From Eledone cirrhosa (lineage: Eukaryota), in the NCBI GenBank assembly GCA_964016885.1, contig OZ024741.1, positions 247,876,001 to 247,940,000 of the forward strand: a stretch of DNA of 64,000 bases, given 5' to 3'. Both the position numbers and the translations under genes were made by a program. Of the stretch, positions 43,201 to 58,500 are shown in pieces. The stretch's first letter is position 1; each line of letters opens with the position of its first letter. Below the pieces are notes generated by a model that was not told the DNA's origin, made no database searches, and saw only the letters and a program-made list of their open reading frames with translations.

Positions 43201-43584
43201 GATTTTTTTTTACAAATTATCTCCCCCTTTTTTTTTTTTACAAATTATCTCCCCCCTGATTTTTTAACAAATTATCTCCCCTTGGCTGGCTGGAAATTAT
43301 CTCCCCTTGGAGGCTGGAACTTATCTCCCCTTGGACGGCTAGAAATTACCTCTCCTTGGACGGCTGGAAAATATGTCTCCTTGGACGGCTGGATATTATC
43401 TCCCCTTGGACGGCTGGAAATTATCTCCCCTTGGACGGCTGGAAATTATCTCCCCTTGGATGGCTAGATATTACCTCCCCTTGGACGGCTGGAAATTATC
43501 TCCCTTTGATTTTTTTTACAAATTATCTCCCCCTGATTTTTTTTTACAAATTATCTCCCCCTGATTTTTTTTTACAAATTATCT
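40220..43584 (+). repeat. 1664-bp tandem duplication (2 copies)
   Basis: Landmark offsets 40422/42086, 40765/42429 and 41003/42667 are all 1664, and 41617/43282 is 1665. Confidence 0.9.
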
Positions 43585-46500
43585 CCCCCTGATTTTTGTT
43601 TACAAATTATCTCCGCCTGATTTTTTTTTTTAAATTATCTCCCCTTGGACGGCTGGAAATTATCTCCCCTTGGACGGCTAGAAATTACCTCTCCTTGGAC
43701 GGCTGAAAATTATCTCCCCTTGGACGGCTGGAAATTATCTCCCCTTGATTTTTTTACAAATTATCTCCCCCTGATTTTTTTTTACAAATTATCTACCCCT
43801 GATTTTTTTTTACAAATTATCTCCCCCTGATTTTTTTTACAAATTATCTCCCCCTGATTTTTTTTTACAAATTATCTCCCCCTGATTTTTTTACAAATTA
43901 TCTCCCCCTGATTTTTTTAAATATTATCTCTCCTTGGCTGGCGGGAAATTATCTCCCCTTGGACGGCTGGAAATTATCTCCCCTTGGAAGGATGGAAATT
44001 ATCTCCCCTTGGACGGCTAGAAATTATCTCTCTTTGGACGGCTGGAAATTATCACCCCTTGAGTTTTTTACAAATTATCTCCGCCTGATTTTTTTTACAA
44101 ATCTCCCAGTGATTTTTAAAAAAAAATTATCTCCCCTTCGCTGGCTGGAAATTATCTCCCCTTGGACGCTGGAAATTATAGCCCCTTGGAGGGCTTGAAA
44201 TTATCTTCCCTTGGACGGCTGGAAATTATCTCCCCTTGATTTTTTTTTACAAATTATCTCCCCCTGATTTTTTTTTACAAATTATCTCCCCCTGATTTTT
44301 TTTTACAACTTATCTGCGCCTGATTTTTTAAAAAAAATTATCTCCCCTTGGACGGCTGGAAATTATCTCCCCTTGGACGGCTGGAAATTATCTCTCCTTG
44401 GACGGCTAGAATTTACCTCTCCTTGGACGGCTGAAAATTATCTCCCCTTGGACGGCTGGAAATTATCTCCCCTTGATTTTTTTTTTACAAATTATCTCCC
44501 CCTGATTTTTTTTTACGAATTATCTCCCCCTGATTTTTTTTTACAAATTATCTCCCCCTGATTTTTTTTTACAAATTATATCCCCCTGATTTTTTTTACA
44601 AATTATCTCCCTCTGATTTTTTTACAAATTATCTCCCCTTGGCTGGCTGGAAATTATCTCCCCTAGGAGGCTGGAACTTATCTCCCCTTGGACGGCTAGA
44701 AATTACCTCTCTTTGGACGGCTGGAAAATATGTCTCCTTGGACGGCTGGATATTATCTCCCCTTGGACGGCTGGAAATTATCTCCCCTTGGACGGCTGGA
44801 AATTATCTCCCCTTGGATGGCTAGATATTACCTCCCCTTGGACGGCTGGAAATTATCTCCCCTTGATTTTTTTTTACAAATTATCTCCCCCTGATTTTTT
44901 TTTACAAATTATCTCCCCCGATTTTTTTTTACAAATTATCTCTCCCTGATTTTTTTTTACAAATTATCTCCCCCTGATTTTTGTTTACAAATTATCTCCC
45001 CTTGGACGGCTGGAAATTATCTCCCCTTGGACGGCTAGAAATTACCTCTCCTTGGACGGCTGAAAATTATCCTCCCTTGGACGGCTGGAAATTATCTCCC
45101 CTTGATTTTTTTACAAATTATCTCCCCCTGATTTTTTTTTTACAAATTATCTCACCCTGATTTTTTTTACAAATTATCTACCCCTGATTTTTTTTTACAA
45201 ATTATCTCCCCCTGATTTTTTTTACAAATTATCTCCCACTGATTTTTTTTTTACAAATTATCTCCCCCTGATTTTTTTACAAATTATCTCCCCCTGATTT
45301 TTTTTACAAATTATATCCGCCTGATTTTTTTAAATATTATCTCTCCTTGGCTGGCGGGAAATTATCTCCCCTTGGACGGCTGGAAATTATCTCCCCTTGG
45401 AAGGATGGAAATTATCTCCCCTTGGACGGCTGGAAATTATCTACCCCTGATTTTTTTTACAAATTATCTCCCCCTGATTTTTTTTACAAATTATCTCCCC
45501 CTGATTTTTTTTTTACAAATTATCTCCGCCTGATTTTTTAAAATATTATCTTACCTTGGCTGGCGGGAAATTATCTCCCCTTGGACGGCTGAAAATTATC
45601 TCCCCTTGGACGGCTGGAAATTATCTCCCCTTGATTTTTTTTACAAATTATCTCCCCCTGATTTTTTTTTACAAATTATCTCCCCCTGATTTTTTTTACA
45701 AATTATCTCCCCCCTGATTTTTTTACAAATTATCTCCCCTTGGCTGGCTGGAAATTATCTCCCCTTGGAGGCTGGAACTTATCTCCCCTTGGACGGCTAG
45801 AAATTACCTCTCCTTGGACGGCTGGAAAATATGTCTCCTTGGACGGCTGGATATTATCTCCCCTTGGACGGCTGGAAATTATCTCCCCTTGGACGGCTGG
45901 AAATTATCTCCCCTTGGATGGCTAGATATTACCTCCCCTTGGACGGCTGGAAATTATCTCCCTTTGATTTTTTTTACAAATTATCTCCCCCTGATTTTTT
46001 TTTACAAATTATCTCCCCCTGATTTTTTTTACAAATTATCTCCCCCTGATTTTTGTTTACAAATTATCTCCGCCTGATTTTTTTTAAAAAATTATCTCCC
46101 CTTGGACGGCTGGAAATTATCTCCCCTTGGACGGCTAGAAATTACCTCTCCTTGGACGGCTGAAAATTATCTCCCCTTGGACGGCTGGAAATTATCTCCC
46201 CTTGATTTTTTTACAAATTATCTCCCCCTGATTTTTTTTTTACAAATTATCTCCCCCTGATTTTTTTTTACAAATTATCTACCCCTGATTTTTTTTTACA
46301 AATTATCTCCCCCTGATTTTTTTTACAAATTATCTCCCCCTGATTTTTTTTTACAAATTATCTCCCCCTGATTTTTTTACAAATTATCTCCCCCTGATTT
46401 TTTTTACAAATTATCTCCGCCTGATTTTTTTAAATATTATCTCTCCTTGGCTGGCGGGAAATTATCTCCCCTTGGACGGCTGGAAATTATCTCCCCTTGG

Positions 46501-49500
46501 AAGGATGGAAATTATCTCCCCTTGGACGGCTAGAAATTATCTCTCTTTGGACGGCTGGAAATTATCACCCCTTGAGTTTTTTACAAATTATCTCCCCCTG
46601 ATTTTTTTTACAAATCTCCCAGTGATTTTTAAAAAAAAATTATCTCCCCTTCGCTGGCTGGAAATTATCTCCCCTTGGACGCTGGAAATTATAGCCCCTT
46701 GGAGGGCTTGAAATTATCTTCCCTTGGACGGCTGGAAATTATCTCCCCTTGATTTTTTTTTACAAATTATCTCCCCCTGATTTTTTTTTACAAATTATCT
46801 CCCCCTGATTTTTTTTTACAACTTATCTGCGCCAGATTTTTTTAAAAAAATTATCTCCCCTTGGACGGCTGGAAATTATCTCCCCTTGATTTTTTTTACA
46901 AATTATCTCCCCCTGATTTTTTTTTACGAATTATCTCCCCCTGATTTTTTTTTACAAATTATCTCCCCCTGATTTTTTTTTACAAATTATCTCCCCCTGA
47001 TTTTTTTTACAAATTATCTCCCTCTGATTGTTTTACAAATTATCTCCCCTTGGCTGGCTGGAAATTATCTCCCCTAGGAGGCTGGAACTTATCTCCCCTT
47101 GGACGGCTAGAAATTACCTCTCTTTGGACGGCTGGAAAATATGTCTCCTTGGACGGCTGGATATTATCTCCCCTTGGACGGCTGGAAATTATCTCCCCTT
47201 GGACGGCTGGAAATTATCTCCCCTTGGATGGCTAGATATTACCTCCCCTTGGACGGCTGGAAATTATCTCCCCTTGATTTTTTTTACAAATTATCTCCCC
47301 CTGATTTTTTTTTACAAATTATCTCCCCCGATTTTTTTTTACAAATTATCTCCCCCTGATTTTTTTTTACAAATTATCTCCCCCTGATTTTTGTTTACAA
47401 ATTATCTCCCCTTGGACGGCTGGAAATTATCTCCCCTTGGACGGCTAGAAATTACCTCTCCTTGGACGGCTGAAAATTATCCTCCCTTGGACGGCTGGAA
47501 ATTATCTCCCCTTGATTTTTTTACAAATTATCTCCCCCTGATTTTTTTTTTACAAATTATCTCACCCTGATTTTTTTTACAAATTATCTACCCCTGATTT
47601 TTTTTTACAAATTATCTCCCCCTGATTTTTTTTACAAATTATCTCCCACTGATTTTTTTTTTACAAATTATCTCCCCCTGATTTTTTTACAAATTATCTC
47701 CCCCTGATTTTTTTTACAAATTATATCCGCCTGATTTTTTTAAATATTATCTCTCCTTGGCTGGCGGGAAATTATCTCCCCTTGGACGGCTGGAAATTAT
47801 CTCCCCTTGGAAGGATGGAAATTATCTCCCCTTGGACGGCTAGAAATTATCTCTCTTTGGACGGCTGGAAATTATCACCCCTTGAGCTTTTTACAAATTA
47901 TCTCCCCCTGATTTTTTTTACAAATCTCCCTGTGATTTTTTAAAAAAAATTATCTCCCCTTCGCTGGCTGGAAATTATCTCCCCTTGGACGCTGGAAATT
48001 ATAGCCCCTTGGAGGGCTGGAAATTATCTTCCCATGGACGGCTGGAAATTATCTCCCCTTGATTTTTTTTACAAATTATCTCCCCCTGATTTTTTTTTAC
48101 AAATTATCTCCCCCTGATTTTTTTTACAACTTATCTGCGCCTGATTTTTTTTTAAAAATTATCTCCCCTTGGACGGCTGGAAATTATCTCCCCTTGGACG
48201 GCTGGAAATTATCTCTCCTTGGACGGCTAGAATTTACCTCTCCTTGGACGGCTGAAAATTATCTCCCCTTGGACGGCTGGAAATTATCTCCCCTTGATTT
48301 TTTTTACAAATTATCTCCCCCTGATTTTTTTTTACAAATTATCTCCCCCTGATTTTTTTTTACAAATTATCTCCCCCTGATTTTTTTTTACAAATTATCT
48401 ACCCCTGATTTTTTTTTACAAATTATCTCCCCTTGGCTGGCTGGAAATTATCTCCCCTTGGAGGCTGGAACTTATCTCCCCTTGGACGGCTAGAAATTAC
48501 CTCTCCTTGGACGGCTGGAAAATATGTCTCCTTGGACGGCTGGATATTATCTCCCCTTGGACGGCTGGAAATTATCTCCCCTTGGACGGCTGAAAATTAT
48601 CTCCCCTTGATTTTTTTTACAAATTATCTCCCCCTGATTTTTTTTTACAAATTATCTCCCCCTGATTTTTGTTTACAAATTATCTCCGCCTGATTTTTTA
48701 AAAAAATTATCTCCCCTTGGACGGCTGGAAATTATCTCCCCTTGGACGGATAGAAATTACCTCTCCTTGGACGGCTGAAAATTATCTCCCCTTTGACGGC
48801 TGGAAATTATCTCCCCTTGATTTTTTTACAAATTATCTCCCCCTGATTTTTTTTTTACAAATTATCTCCCCCTGATTTTTTTTTACAAATTATCTACCCC
48901 TGATTTTTTTTTACAAATTATCTCCCCCTGATTTTTTTTACAAATTATCTCCCCCTGATTTTTTTTTACAAATTATCTCCCCCTGATTTTTTTACAAATT
49001 ATCTCCCCCTGATTTTTTTTACAAATTATCTCCGCCTGATTTTTTTAAATATTATCTCTCCTTGGCTGGCGGGAAATTATCTCCCCTTGGACGGCTGGAA
49101 ATTATCTCCCCTTGGAAGGATGGAAATTATCTCCCCTTGGACGGCTGGAAATTATCTACCCCTGATTTTTTTTACAAATTATCTCCCCCTGATTTTTTTT
49201 ACAAATTATCTCCCCCTGATTTTTTTTACAAATTATCTACCCCTGATTTTTTTTACAAATTATCTCCCCCTGATTTTTTTTACAAATTATCTCACCCTGA
49301 TTTTTTTACAAATTATCTCCCCCTGATTTTTTTTACAAATTATCTCCGCCTGATTTTTTTAAATATTATCTTCCCTTGGCTGGCGGGAAATTATCTCCCC
49401 TTGAAGGGCTGAAAATTATCTCCCCTTGGACGGCTGGAAATTATCTCCCCTTGATTTTTTTTACAAATTATCTCCCCCTGATTTTTTTTTACAAATTATC

Positions 49501-52500
49501 TCCCCCTGATTTTTTTTACAAATTATCTCCCCCTGATTTTTTTTTACAAATTATCTGCCGCTGATTTTTTTTACAAATTATCTCCCCCTGATTTTTTTAC
49601 AAATTATCTCCCCTTGGCTGGCTGGAAATTACCTCCCCTTGGAGGCTGGAATTTATCTCCCCTTGGACGGCTAGAAATTACCTCTCCTTGGACGGCTGGA
49701 AAATATGTCTCCTTGGACGGCTGGATATTATCTCCCCTTGGACGGCTGGAAATTATCTCCCCTTGGACGGCTGGAAATTATCTCCCCTTGGACGGATAGA
49801 TATTACCTCCCCTTGGACGGCTGGAAATTATCTCCCCTTGATTTTTTTTACAAATTATCTCCCCCTGATTTTTTTTTACAAATTATCTCCCCCTGATTTT
49901 TTTTTACAAATTATCTCCCCCTGATTTTTTTTTTACAAATTATCTCCGCTTGATTTTTTAAAAAAATTATCTCCCCTTGGACGGCTGGAAATTATCTCCC
50001 CATGGACGGCTGGAAATTATCTCCCCTTGGACGGCTAGAAATTATCTCTCCTTGGACGGCTGAAAATTATCTCCCCTTGGACGGCTGCAAATTATCTCCC
50101 CTTGATTTTTTTTATAAATTATCTCCCCCTGATTTTTTTTACAAATTATCTCCCCCTGATTTTTTTTACAAATCTCCCAGTGATTTTTTAAAAAAATTAT
50201 CTCCCCTTGGACGGCTGGAAATTATCTCCCCTTGGACGGCTGGAAATTATCTCGCCTTGGACGGCTAGAATTTACCTCTCCTTGGACGGCTGAAAATTAT
50301 CTCCCCTTGGACGGCTGGAAATTATCTCCCCTTGATTTTTTTTACAAATTATCTCCCCCTGATTTTTTTTTACAAATTATCTCCCCCTGATTTTTTTTTA
50401 CAAATTATCTCCCCCTGATTTTTTTTTACAAATTATCTCCCCCTGATTTTTTTTACAAATTATCTCCCCCCTGATTTTTTTACAAATTATCTCCCCTTGG
50501 CTGGCTGGAAATTATCTCCCCTTGGAGGCTGGAACTTATCTCCCCTTGGACGGCTAGAAATTACCTCTCCTTGGACGGCTGGAAAATATGTCTCCTTGGA
50601 CGGCTGGATATTATCTCCCCTTGGACGGCTGGAAATTATCTCCCCTTGGACGGCTGGAAATTATCTCCCCTTGGATGGCTAGATATTACCTCCCCTTGGA
50701 CGGCTGGAAATTATCTCCCTTTGATTTTTTTTACAAATTATCTCCCCCTGATTTTTTTTTACAAATTATCTCCCCCTGATTTTTTTTTACAAATTATCTC
50801 CCCCTGATTTTTGTTTACAAATTATCTCCGCCTGATTTTTTTTTAAAAATTATCTCCCCTTGGACGGCTAGAAATTACCTCTCCTTGGACGGCTGAAAAT
50901 TATCTCCCCTTGGACGGCTGGAAATTATCTCCCCTTGATTTTTTTACAAATTATCTCCCCCTGATTTTTTTTTTACAAATTATCTCCCCCTGATTTTTTT
51001 TTACAAATTATCTACCCCTGATTTTTTTTTACAAATTATCTCCCCCTGATTTTTTTTACAAATTATCTCCCCCTGATTTTTTTTTACAAATTATCTCCCC
51101 CTGATTTTTTTACAAATTATCTCCCCCTGATTTTTTTTACAAATTATCTCCGCCTGATTTTTTTAAATATTATCTCTCCTTGGCTGGCGGGAAATTATCT
51201 CCCCTTGGACGGCTGGAAATTATCTCCCCTTGGAAGGATGGAAATTATCTCCCCTTGGACGGCTAGAAATTATCTCTCTTTGGACGGCTGGAAATTATCA
51301 CCCCTTGAGTTTTTTACAAATTATCTCCCCCTGATTTTTTTTACAAATCTCCCAGTGATTTTTAAAAAAAAATTATCTCCCCTTCGCTGGCTGGAAATTA
51401 TCTCCCCTTGGACGCTGGAAATTATAGCCCCTTGGAGGGCTTGAAATTATCTTCCCTTGGACGGCTGGAAATTATCTCCCCTTGATTTTTTTTTACAAAT
51501 TATCTCCCCCTGATTTTTTTTTACAAATTATCTCCCCCTGATTTTTTTTTACAACTTATCTGCGCCAGATTTTTTTAAAAAAATTATCTCCCCTTGGACG
51601 GCTGGAAATTATCTCCCCTTGGACGGCTGGAAATTATCTCTCCTTGGACGGCTAGAATTTACCTCTCCTTGGACGGCTGAAAATTATCTCCCCTTGGACG
51701 GCTGGAAATTATCTCCCCTTGATTTTTTTTACAAATTATCTCCCCCTGATTTTTTTTTACGAATTATCTCCCCCTGATTTTTTTTTACAAATTATCTCCC
51801 CCTGATTTTTTTTTACAAATTATCTCCCCCTGATTTTTTTTACAAATTATCTCCCTCTGATTTTTTTACAAATTATCTCCCCTTGGCTGGCTGGAAATTA
51901 TCTCCCCTAGGAGGCTGGAACTTATCTCGCCTTGGACGGCTAGAAATTACCTCTCTTTGGACGGCTGGAAAATATGTCTCCTTGGACGGCTGGATATTAT
52001 CTCCCCTTGGACGGCTGGAAATTATCTCCCCTTGGACGGCTGGAAATTATCTCCCCTTGGATGGCTAGATATTACCTCCCCTTGGACGGCTGGAAATTAT
52101 CTCCCCTTGATTTTTTTTACAAATTATCTCCCCCTGATTTTTTTTTACAAATTATCTCCCCCGATTTTTTTTTACAAATTATCTCCCCCTGATTTTTTTT
52201 TACAAATTATCTCCCCCTGATTTTTGTTTACAAATTATCTCCCCTTGGACGGCTGGAAATTATCTCCCCTTGGACGGCTAGAAATTACCTCTCCTTGGAC
52301 GGCTGAAAATTATCCTCCCTTGGACGGCTGGAAATTATCTCCCCTTGATTTTTTTACAAATTATCTCCCCCTGATTTTTTTTTTACAAATTATCTCACCC
52401 TGATTTTTTTTACAAATTATCTACCCCTGATTTTTTTTTACAAATTATCTCCCCCTGATTTTTTTTACAAATTATCTCCCACTGATTTTTTTTTTACAAA

Positions 52501-55500
52501 TTATCTCCCCCTGATTTTTTTACAAATTATCTCCCCCTGATTTTTTTTACAAATTATATCCGCCTGATTTTTTTAAATATTATCTCTCCTTGGCTGGCGG
52601 GAAATTATCTCCCCTTGGACGGCTGGAAATTATCTCCCCTTGGAAGGATGGAAATTATCTCCCCTTGGACGGCTAGAAATTATCTCTCTTTGGACGGCTG
52701 GAAATTATCACCCCTTGAGCTTTTTACAAATTATCTCCCCCTGATTTTTTTTACAAATCTCCCTGTGATTTTTTAAAAAAAATTATCTCCCCTTCGCTGG
52801 CTGGAAATTATCTCCCCTTGGACGCTGGAAATTATAGCCCCTTGGAGGGCTGGAAATTATCTTCCCTTGGACGGCTGGAAATTATCTCCCCTTGATTTTT
52901 TTTACAAATTATCTCCCCCTGATTTTTTTTTACAAATTATCTCCCCCTGATTTTTTTTACAACTTATCTGCGCCTGATTTTTTTTTTAAAATTATCTCCC
53001 CTTGGACGGCTGGAAATTATCTCCCCTTGGACGGCTGGAAATTATCTCTCCTTGGACGGCTAGAATTTACCTCTCCTTGGACGGCTGAAAATTATCTCCC
53101 CTTGGACGGCTGGAAATTATCTCCCCTTGATTTTTTTTACAAATTATCTCCCCCTGATTTTTTTTTACAAATTATCTCCCCCTGATTTTTTTTTACAAAT
53201 TATCTCCCCCTGATTTTTTTTTACAAATTATCTACCCCTGATTTTTTTTTACAAATTATCTCCCCTTGGCTGGCTGGAAATTATCTCCCCTTGGAGGCTG
53301 GAACTTATCTCCCCTTGGACGGCTAGAAATTACCTCTCCTTGGACGGCTGGAAAATATGTCTCCTTGGACGGCTGGATATTATCTCCCCTTGGACGGCTG
53401 GAAATTATCTCCCCTTGGACGGCTGAAAATTATCTCCCCTTGATTTTTTTTACAAATTATCTCCCCCTGATTTTTTTTTACAAATTATCTCCCCCTGATT
53501 TTTGTTTACAAATTATCTCCGCCTGATTTTTTAAAAAAATTATCTCCCCTTGGACGGCTGGAAATTATCTCCCCTTGGACGGATAGAAATTACCTCTCCT
53601 TGGACGGCTGAAAATTATCTCCCCTTTGACGGCTGGAAATTATCTCCCCTTGATTTTTTTACAAATTATCTCCCCCTGATTTTTTTTTTACAAATTATCT
53701 CCCCCTGATTTTTTTTTACAAATTATCTACCCCTGATTTTTTTTTACAAATTATCTCCCCCTGATTTTTTTTACAAATTATCTCCCCCTGATTTTTTTTT
53801 TACAAATTATCTCCCCCTGATTTTTTTACAAATTATCTCCCCCTGATTTTTTTTACAAATTATCTCCGCCTGATTTTTTTAAATATTATCTCTCCTTGGC
53901 TGGCGGGAAATTATCTCCCCTTGGACGGCTGGAAATTATCTCCCCTTGGAAGGATGGAAATTATCTCCCCTTGGACGGCTGGAAATTATCTACCCCTGAT
54001 TTTTTTTACAAATTATCTCCCCCTGATTTTTTTTACAAATTATCTCCCCCTGATTTTTTTTACAAATTATCTACCCCTGATTTTTTTTACAAATTATCTC
54101 CCCCTGATTTTTTTTACAAATTATCTCCCCCTGATTTTTTTTTTACAAATTATCTCACCCTGATTTTTTTACAAATTATCTCCCCCTGATTTTTTTTACA
54201 AATTATCTCCGCCTGATTTTTTTAAATATTATCTTCCCTTGGCTGGCGGGAAATTATCTCCCCTTGAAGGGCTGAAAATTATCTCCCCTTGGACGGCTGG
54301 AAATTATCTCCCCTTGATTTTTTTTACAAATTATCTCCCCCTGATTTTTTTTTACAAATTATCTCCCCCTGATTTTTTTTACAAATTATCTCCCCCTGAT
54401 TTTTTTTTACAAATTATCTGCCGCTGATTTTTTTTACAAATTATCTCCCCCTGATTTTTTTACAAATTATCTCCCCTTGGCTGGCTGGAAATTACCTCCC
54501 CTTGGAGGCTGGAATTTATCTCCCCTTGGACGGCTAGAAATTACCTCTCCTTGGACGGCTGGAAAATATGTCTCCTTGGACGGCTGGATATTATCTCCCC
54601 TTGGACGGCTGGAAATTATCTCCCCTTGGACGGCTGGAAATTATCTCCCCTTGGACGGATAGATATTACCTCCCCTTGGACGGCTGGAAATTATCTCCCC
54701 TTGATTTTTTTTACAAATTATCTCCCCCTGATTTTTTTTTACAAATTATCTCCCCCTGATTTTTTTTTACAAATTATCTCCCCCTGATTTTTTTTTTACA
54801 AATTATCTCCGCTTGATTTTTTAAAAAAATTATCTCCCCTTGGACGGCTGGAAATTATCTCCCCATGGACGGCTGGAAATTATCTCCCCTTGGACGGCTA
54901 GAAATTATCTCTCCTTGGACGGCTGAAAATTATCTCCCCTTGGACGGCTGCAAATTATCTCCCCTTGATTTTTTTTATAAATTATCTCCCCCTGATTTTT
55001 TTTACAAATTATCTCCCCCTGATTTTTTTTACAAATCTCCCAGTGATTTTTTAAAAAAATTATCTCCCCTTGGACGGCTGGAAATTATCTCCCCTTGGAC
55101 GGCTGGAAATTATCTCGCCTTGGACGGCTAGAATTTACCTCTCCTTGGACGGCTGAAAATTATCTCCCCTTGGACGGCTGGAAATTATCTCCCCTTGATT
55201 TTTTTTACAAATTATCTCCCCCTGATTTTTTTTTACAAATTATCTCCCCCTGATTTTTTTTTACAAATTATCTCCCCCTGATTTTTTTTTACAAATTATC
55301 TCCCCCTGATTTTTTTTACAAATTATCTCCCCCCTGATTTTTTTACAAATTATCTCCCCTTGGCTGGCTGGAAATTATCTCCCCTTGGAGGCTGGAACTT
55401 ATCTCCCCTTGGACGGCTAGAAATTACCTCTCCTTGGACGGCTGGAAAATATGTCTCCTTGGACGGCTGGATATTATCTCCCCTTGGACGGCTGGAAATT

Positions 55501-58500
55501 ATCTCCCCTTGGACGGCTGGAAATTATCTCCCCTTGGATGGCTAGATATTACCTCCCCTTGGACGGCTGGAAATTATCTCCCTTTGATTTTTTTTACAAA
55601 TTATCTCCCCCTGATTTTTTTTTACAAATTATCTCCCCCTGATTTTTTTTTACAAATTATCTCCCCCTGATTTTTGTTTACAAATTATCTCCGCCTGATT
55701 TTTTTTTAAAAATTATCTCCCCTTGGACGGCTGGAAATTATCTCCCCTTGGACGGCTAGAAATTACCTCTCCTTGGACGGCTGAAAATTATCTCCCCTTG
55801 GACGGCTGGAAATTATCTCCCCTTGATTTTTTTACAAATTATCTCCCCCTGATTTTTTTTTTACAAATTATCTCCCCCTGATTTTTTTTTACAAATTATC
55901 TACCCCTGATTTTTTTTTACAAATTATCTCCCCCTGATTATTTTTACAAATTATCTCCCCCTGATTTTTTTTTACAAATTATCTCCCCCTGATTTTTTTA
56001 CAAATTATCTCCCCCTGATTTTTTTTACAAATTATCTCCGCCTGATTTTTTTAAATATTATCTCTCCTTGGCTGGCGGGAAATTATCTCCCCTTGGACGG
56101 CTGGAAATTATCTCCCCTTGGAAGGATGGAAATTATCTCTCTTTGGACGGCTGGAAATTATCACCCCTTGAGTTTTTTACAAATTATCTCCCCCTGATTT
56201 TTTTTACAAATCTCCCAGTGATTTTTAAAAAAAAATTATCTCCCCTTCGCTGGCTGGAAATTATCTCCCCTTGGACGCTGGAAATTATAGCCCCTTGGAG
56301 GGCTTGAAATTATCTTCCCTTGGACGGCTGGAAATTATCTCTCCTTGGACGGCTAGAATTTACCTCTCCTTGGACGGCTGAAAATTATCTCCCCTTGGAC
56401 GGCTGGAAATTATCTCCCCTTGATTTTTTTTACAAATTATCTCCCCCTGATTTTTTTTTACGAATTATCTCCCCCTGATTTTTTTTTACAAATTATCTCC
56501 CCCTGATTTTTTTTTACAAATTATCTCCCCCTGATTTTTTTTACAAATTATCTCCCTCTGATTTTTTTACAAATTATCTCCCCTTGGCTGGCTGGAAATT
56601 ATCTCCCCTAGGAGGCTGGAACTTATCTCCCCTTGGACGGCTAGAAATTACCTCTCTTTGGACGGCTGGAAAATATGTCTCCTTGGACGGCTGGATATTA
56701 TCTCCCCTTGGACGGCTGGAAATTATCTCCCCTTGGACGGCTGGAAATTATCTCCCCTTGGATGGCTAGATATTACCTCCCCTTGGACGGCTGGAAATTA
56801 TCTCCCCTTGATTTTTTTTACAAATTATCTCCCCCTGATTTTTTTTTACAAATTATCTCCCCCGATTTTTTTTTACAAATTATCTCCCCCTGATTTTTGT
56901 TTACAAATTATCTCCCCTTGGACGGCTGGAAATTATCTCCCCTTGGACGGCTAGAAATTACCTCTCCTTGGACGGCTGAAAATTATCCTCCCGTGGACGG
57001 CTGGAAATTATCTCCCCTTGATTTTTTTACAAATTATCTCCCCCTGATTTTTTTTTTACAAATTATCTCACCCTGATTTTTTTTACAAATTATCTACCCC
57101 TGATTTTTTTTTACAAATTATCTCCCCCTGATTTTTTTTACAAATTATCTTCCACTGATTTTTTTTACAAATTATCTCCACCTGATTTTTTTAAAAATTA
57201 TCTCCCCTTGGAAGGCTGGAAATTATCTCCCCTTGGCTGGAAATTATCTCCCCTTGAACGGCTAGAAATTATCTCTCTTTGGACGGCTGGAAATTATCAC
57301 CCCTTGAGTTTTTTACAAATTATCTCCCCCTGATTTTTTTTACAAATCTCCCAGTGATTTTTAAAAAAAAATTATCTCCCCTTCGCTGGCTGGAAATTAT
57401 CTCCCCTTGGACGCTGGAAATTATAGCCCCTTGGAGGGCTTGAAATTATCTTCCCTTGGACGGCTGGAAATTATCTCCCCTTGATTTTTTTTTACAAATT
57501 ATCTCCCCCTGATTTTTTTTTACAAATTATCTCCCCCTGATTTTTTTTACAACTTATCTGCGCCTGATTTTTTTAAAAAAATTATCTCCCCTTGGACGGC
57601 TGGAAATTATCTCTCCTTGGACGGCTAGAATTTACCTCTCCTTGGACGGCTGAAAATTATCTCCCCTTGGACGGCTGGAAATTATCTCCCCTTGATTTTT
57701 TTTACAAATTATCTCCCCCTGATTTTTTTTTCGAATTATCTCCCCCTGATTTTTTTTTACAAATTATCTCCCCCTGATTTTTTTTTACAAATTATCTCCC
57801 CCTGATTTTTTTTACAAATTATCTCCCTCTGATTTTTTTACAAATTATCTCCCCTTGGCTGGCTGGAAATTATCTCCCCTAGGAGGCTGGAACTTATCTC
57901 CCCTTGGACGGCTAGAAATTACCTCTCTTTGGACGGCTGGAAAATATGTCTCCTTGGACGGCTGGATATTATCTCCCCTTGGACGGCTGGAAATTATCTC
58001 CCCTTGGACGGCTGGAAATTATCTCCCCTTGGATGGCTAGATATTACCTCCCCTTGGACGGCTGGAAATTATCTCCCCTTGATTTTTTTTTACAAATTAT
58101 CTCCCCCTGATTTTTTTTTACAAATTATCTCCCCCGATTTTTTTTTACAAATTATCTCTCCCTGATTTTTTTTTACAAATTATCTCCCCCTGATTTTTGT
58201 TTACAAATTATCTCCCCTTGGACGGCTGGAAATTATCTCCCCTTGGACGGCTAGAAATTACCTCTCCTTGGACGGCTGAAAATTATCCTCCCTTGGACGG
58301 CTGGAAATTATCTCCCCTTGATTTTTTTACAAATTATCTCCCCCTGATTTTTTTTTTACAAATTATCTCACCCTGATTTTTTTTACAAATTATCTACCCC
58401 TGATTTTTTTTTACAAATTATCTCCCCCTGATTTTTTTTACAAATTATCTCCCACTGATTTTTTTTTTACAAATTATCTCCCCCTGATTTTTTTACAAAT

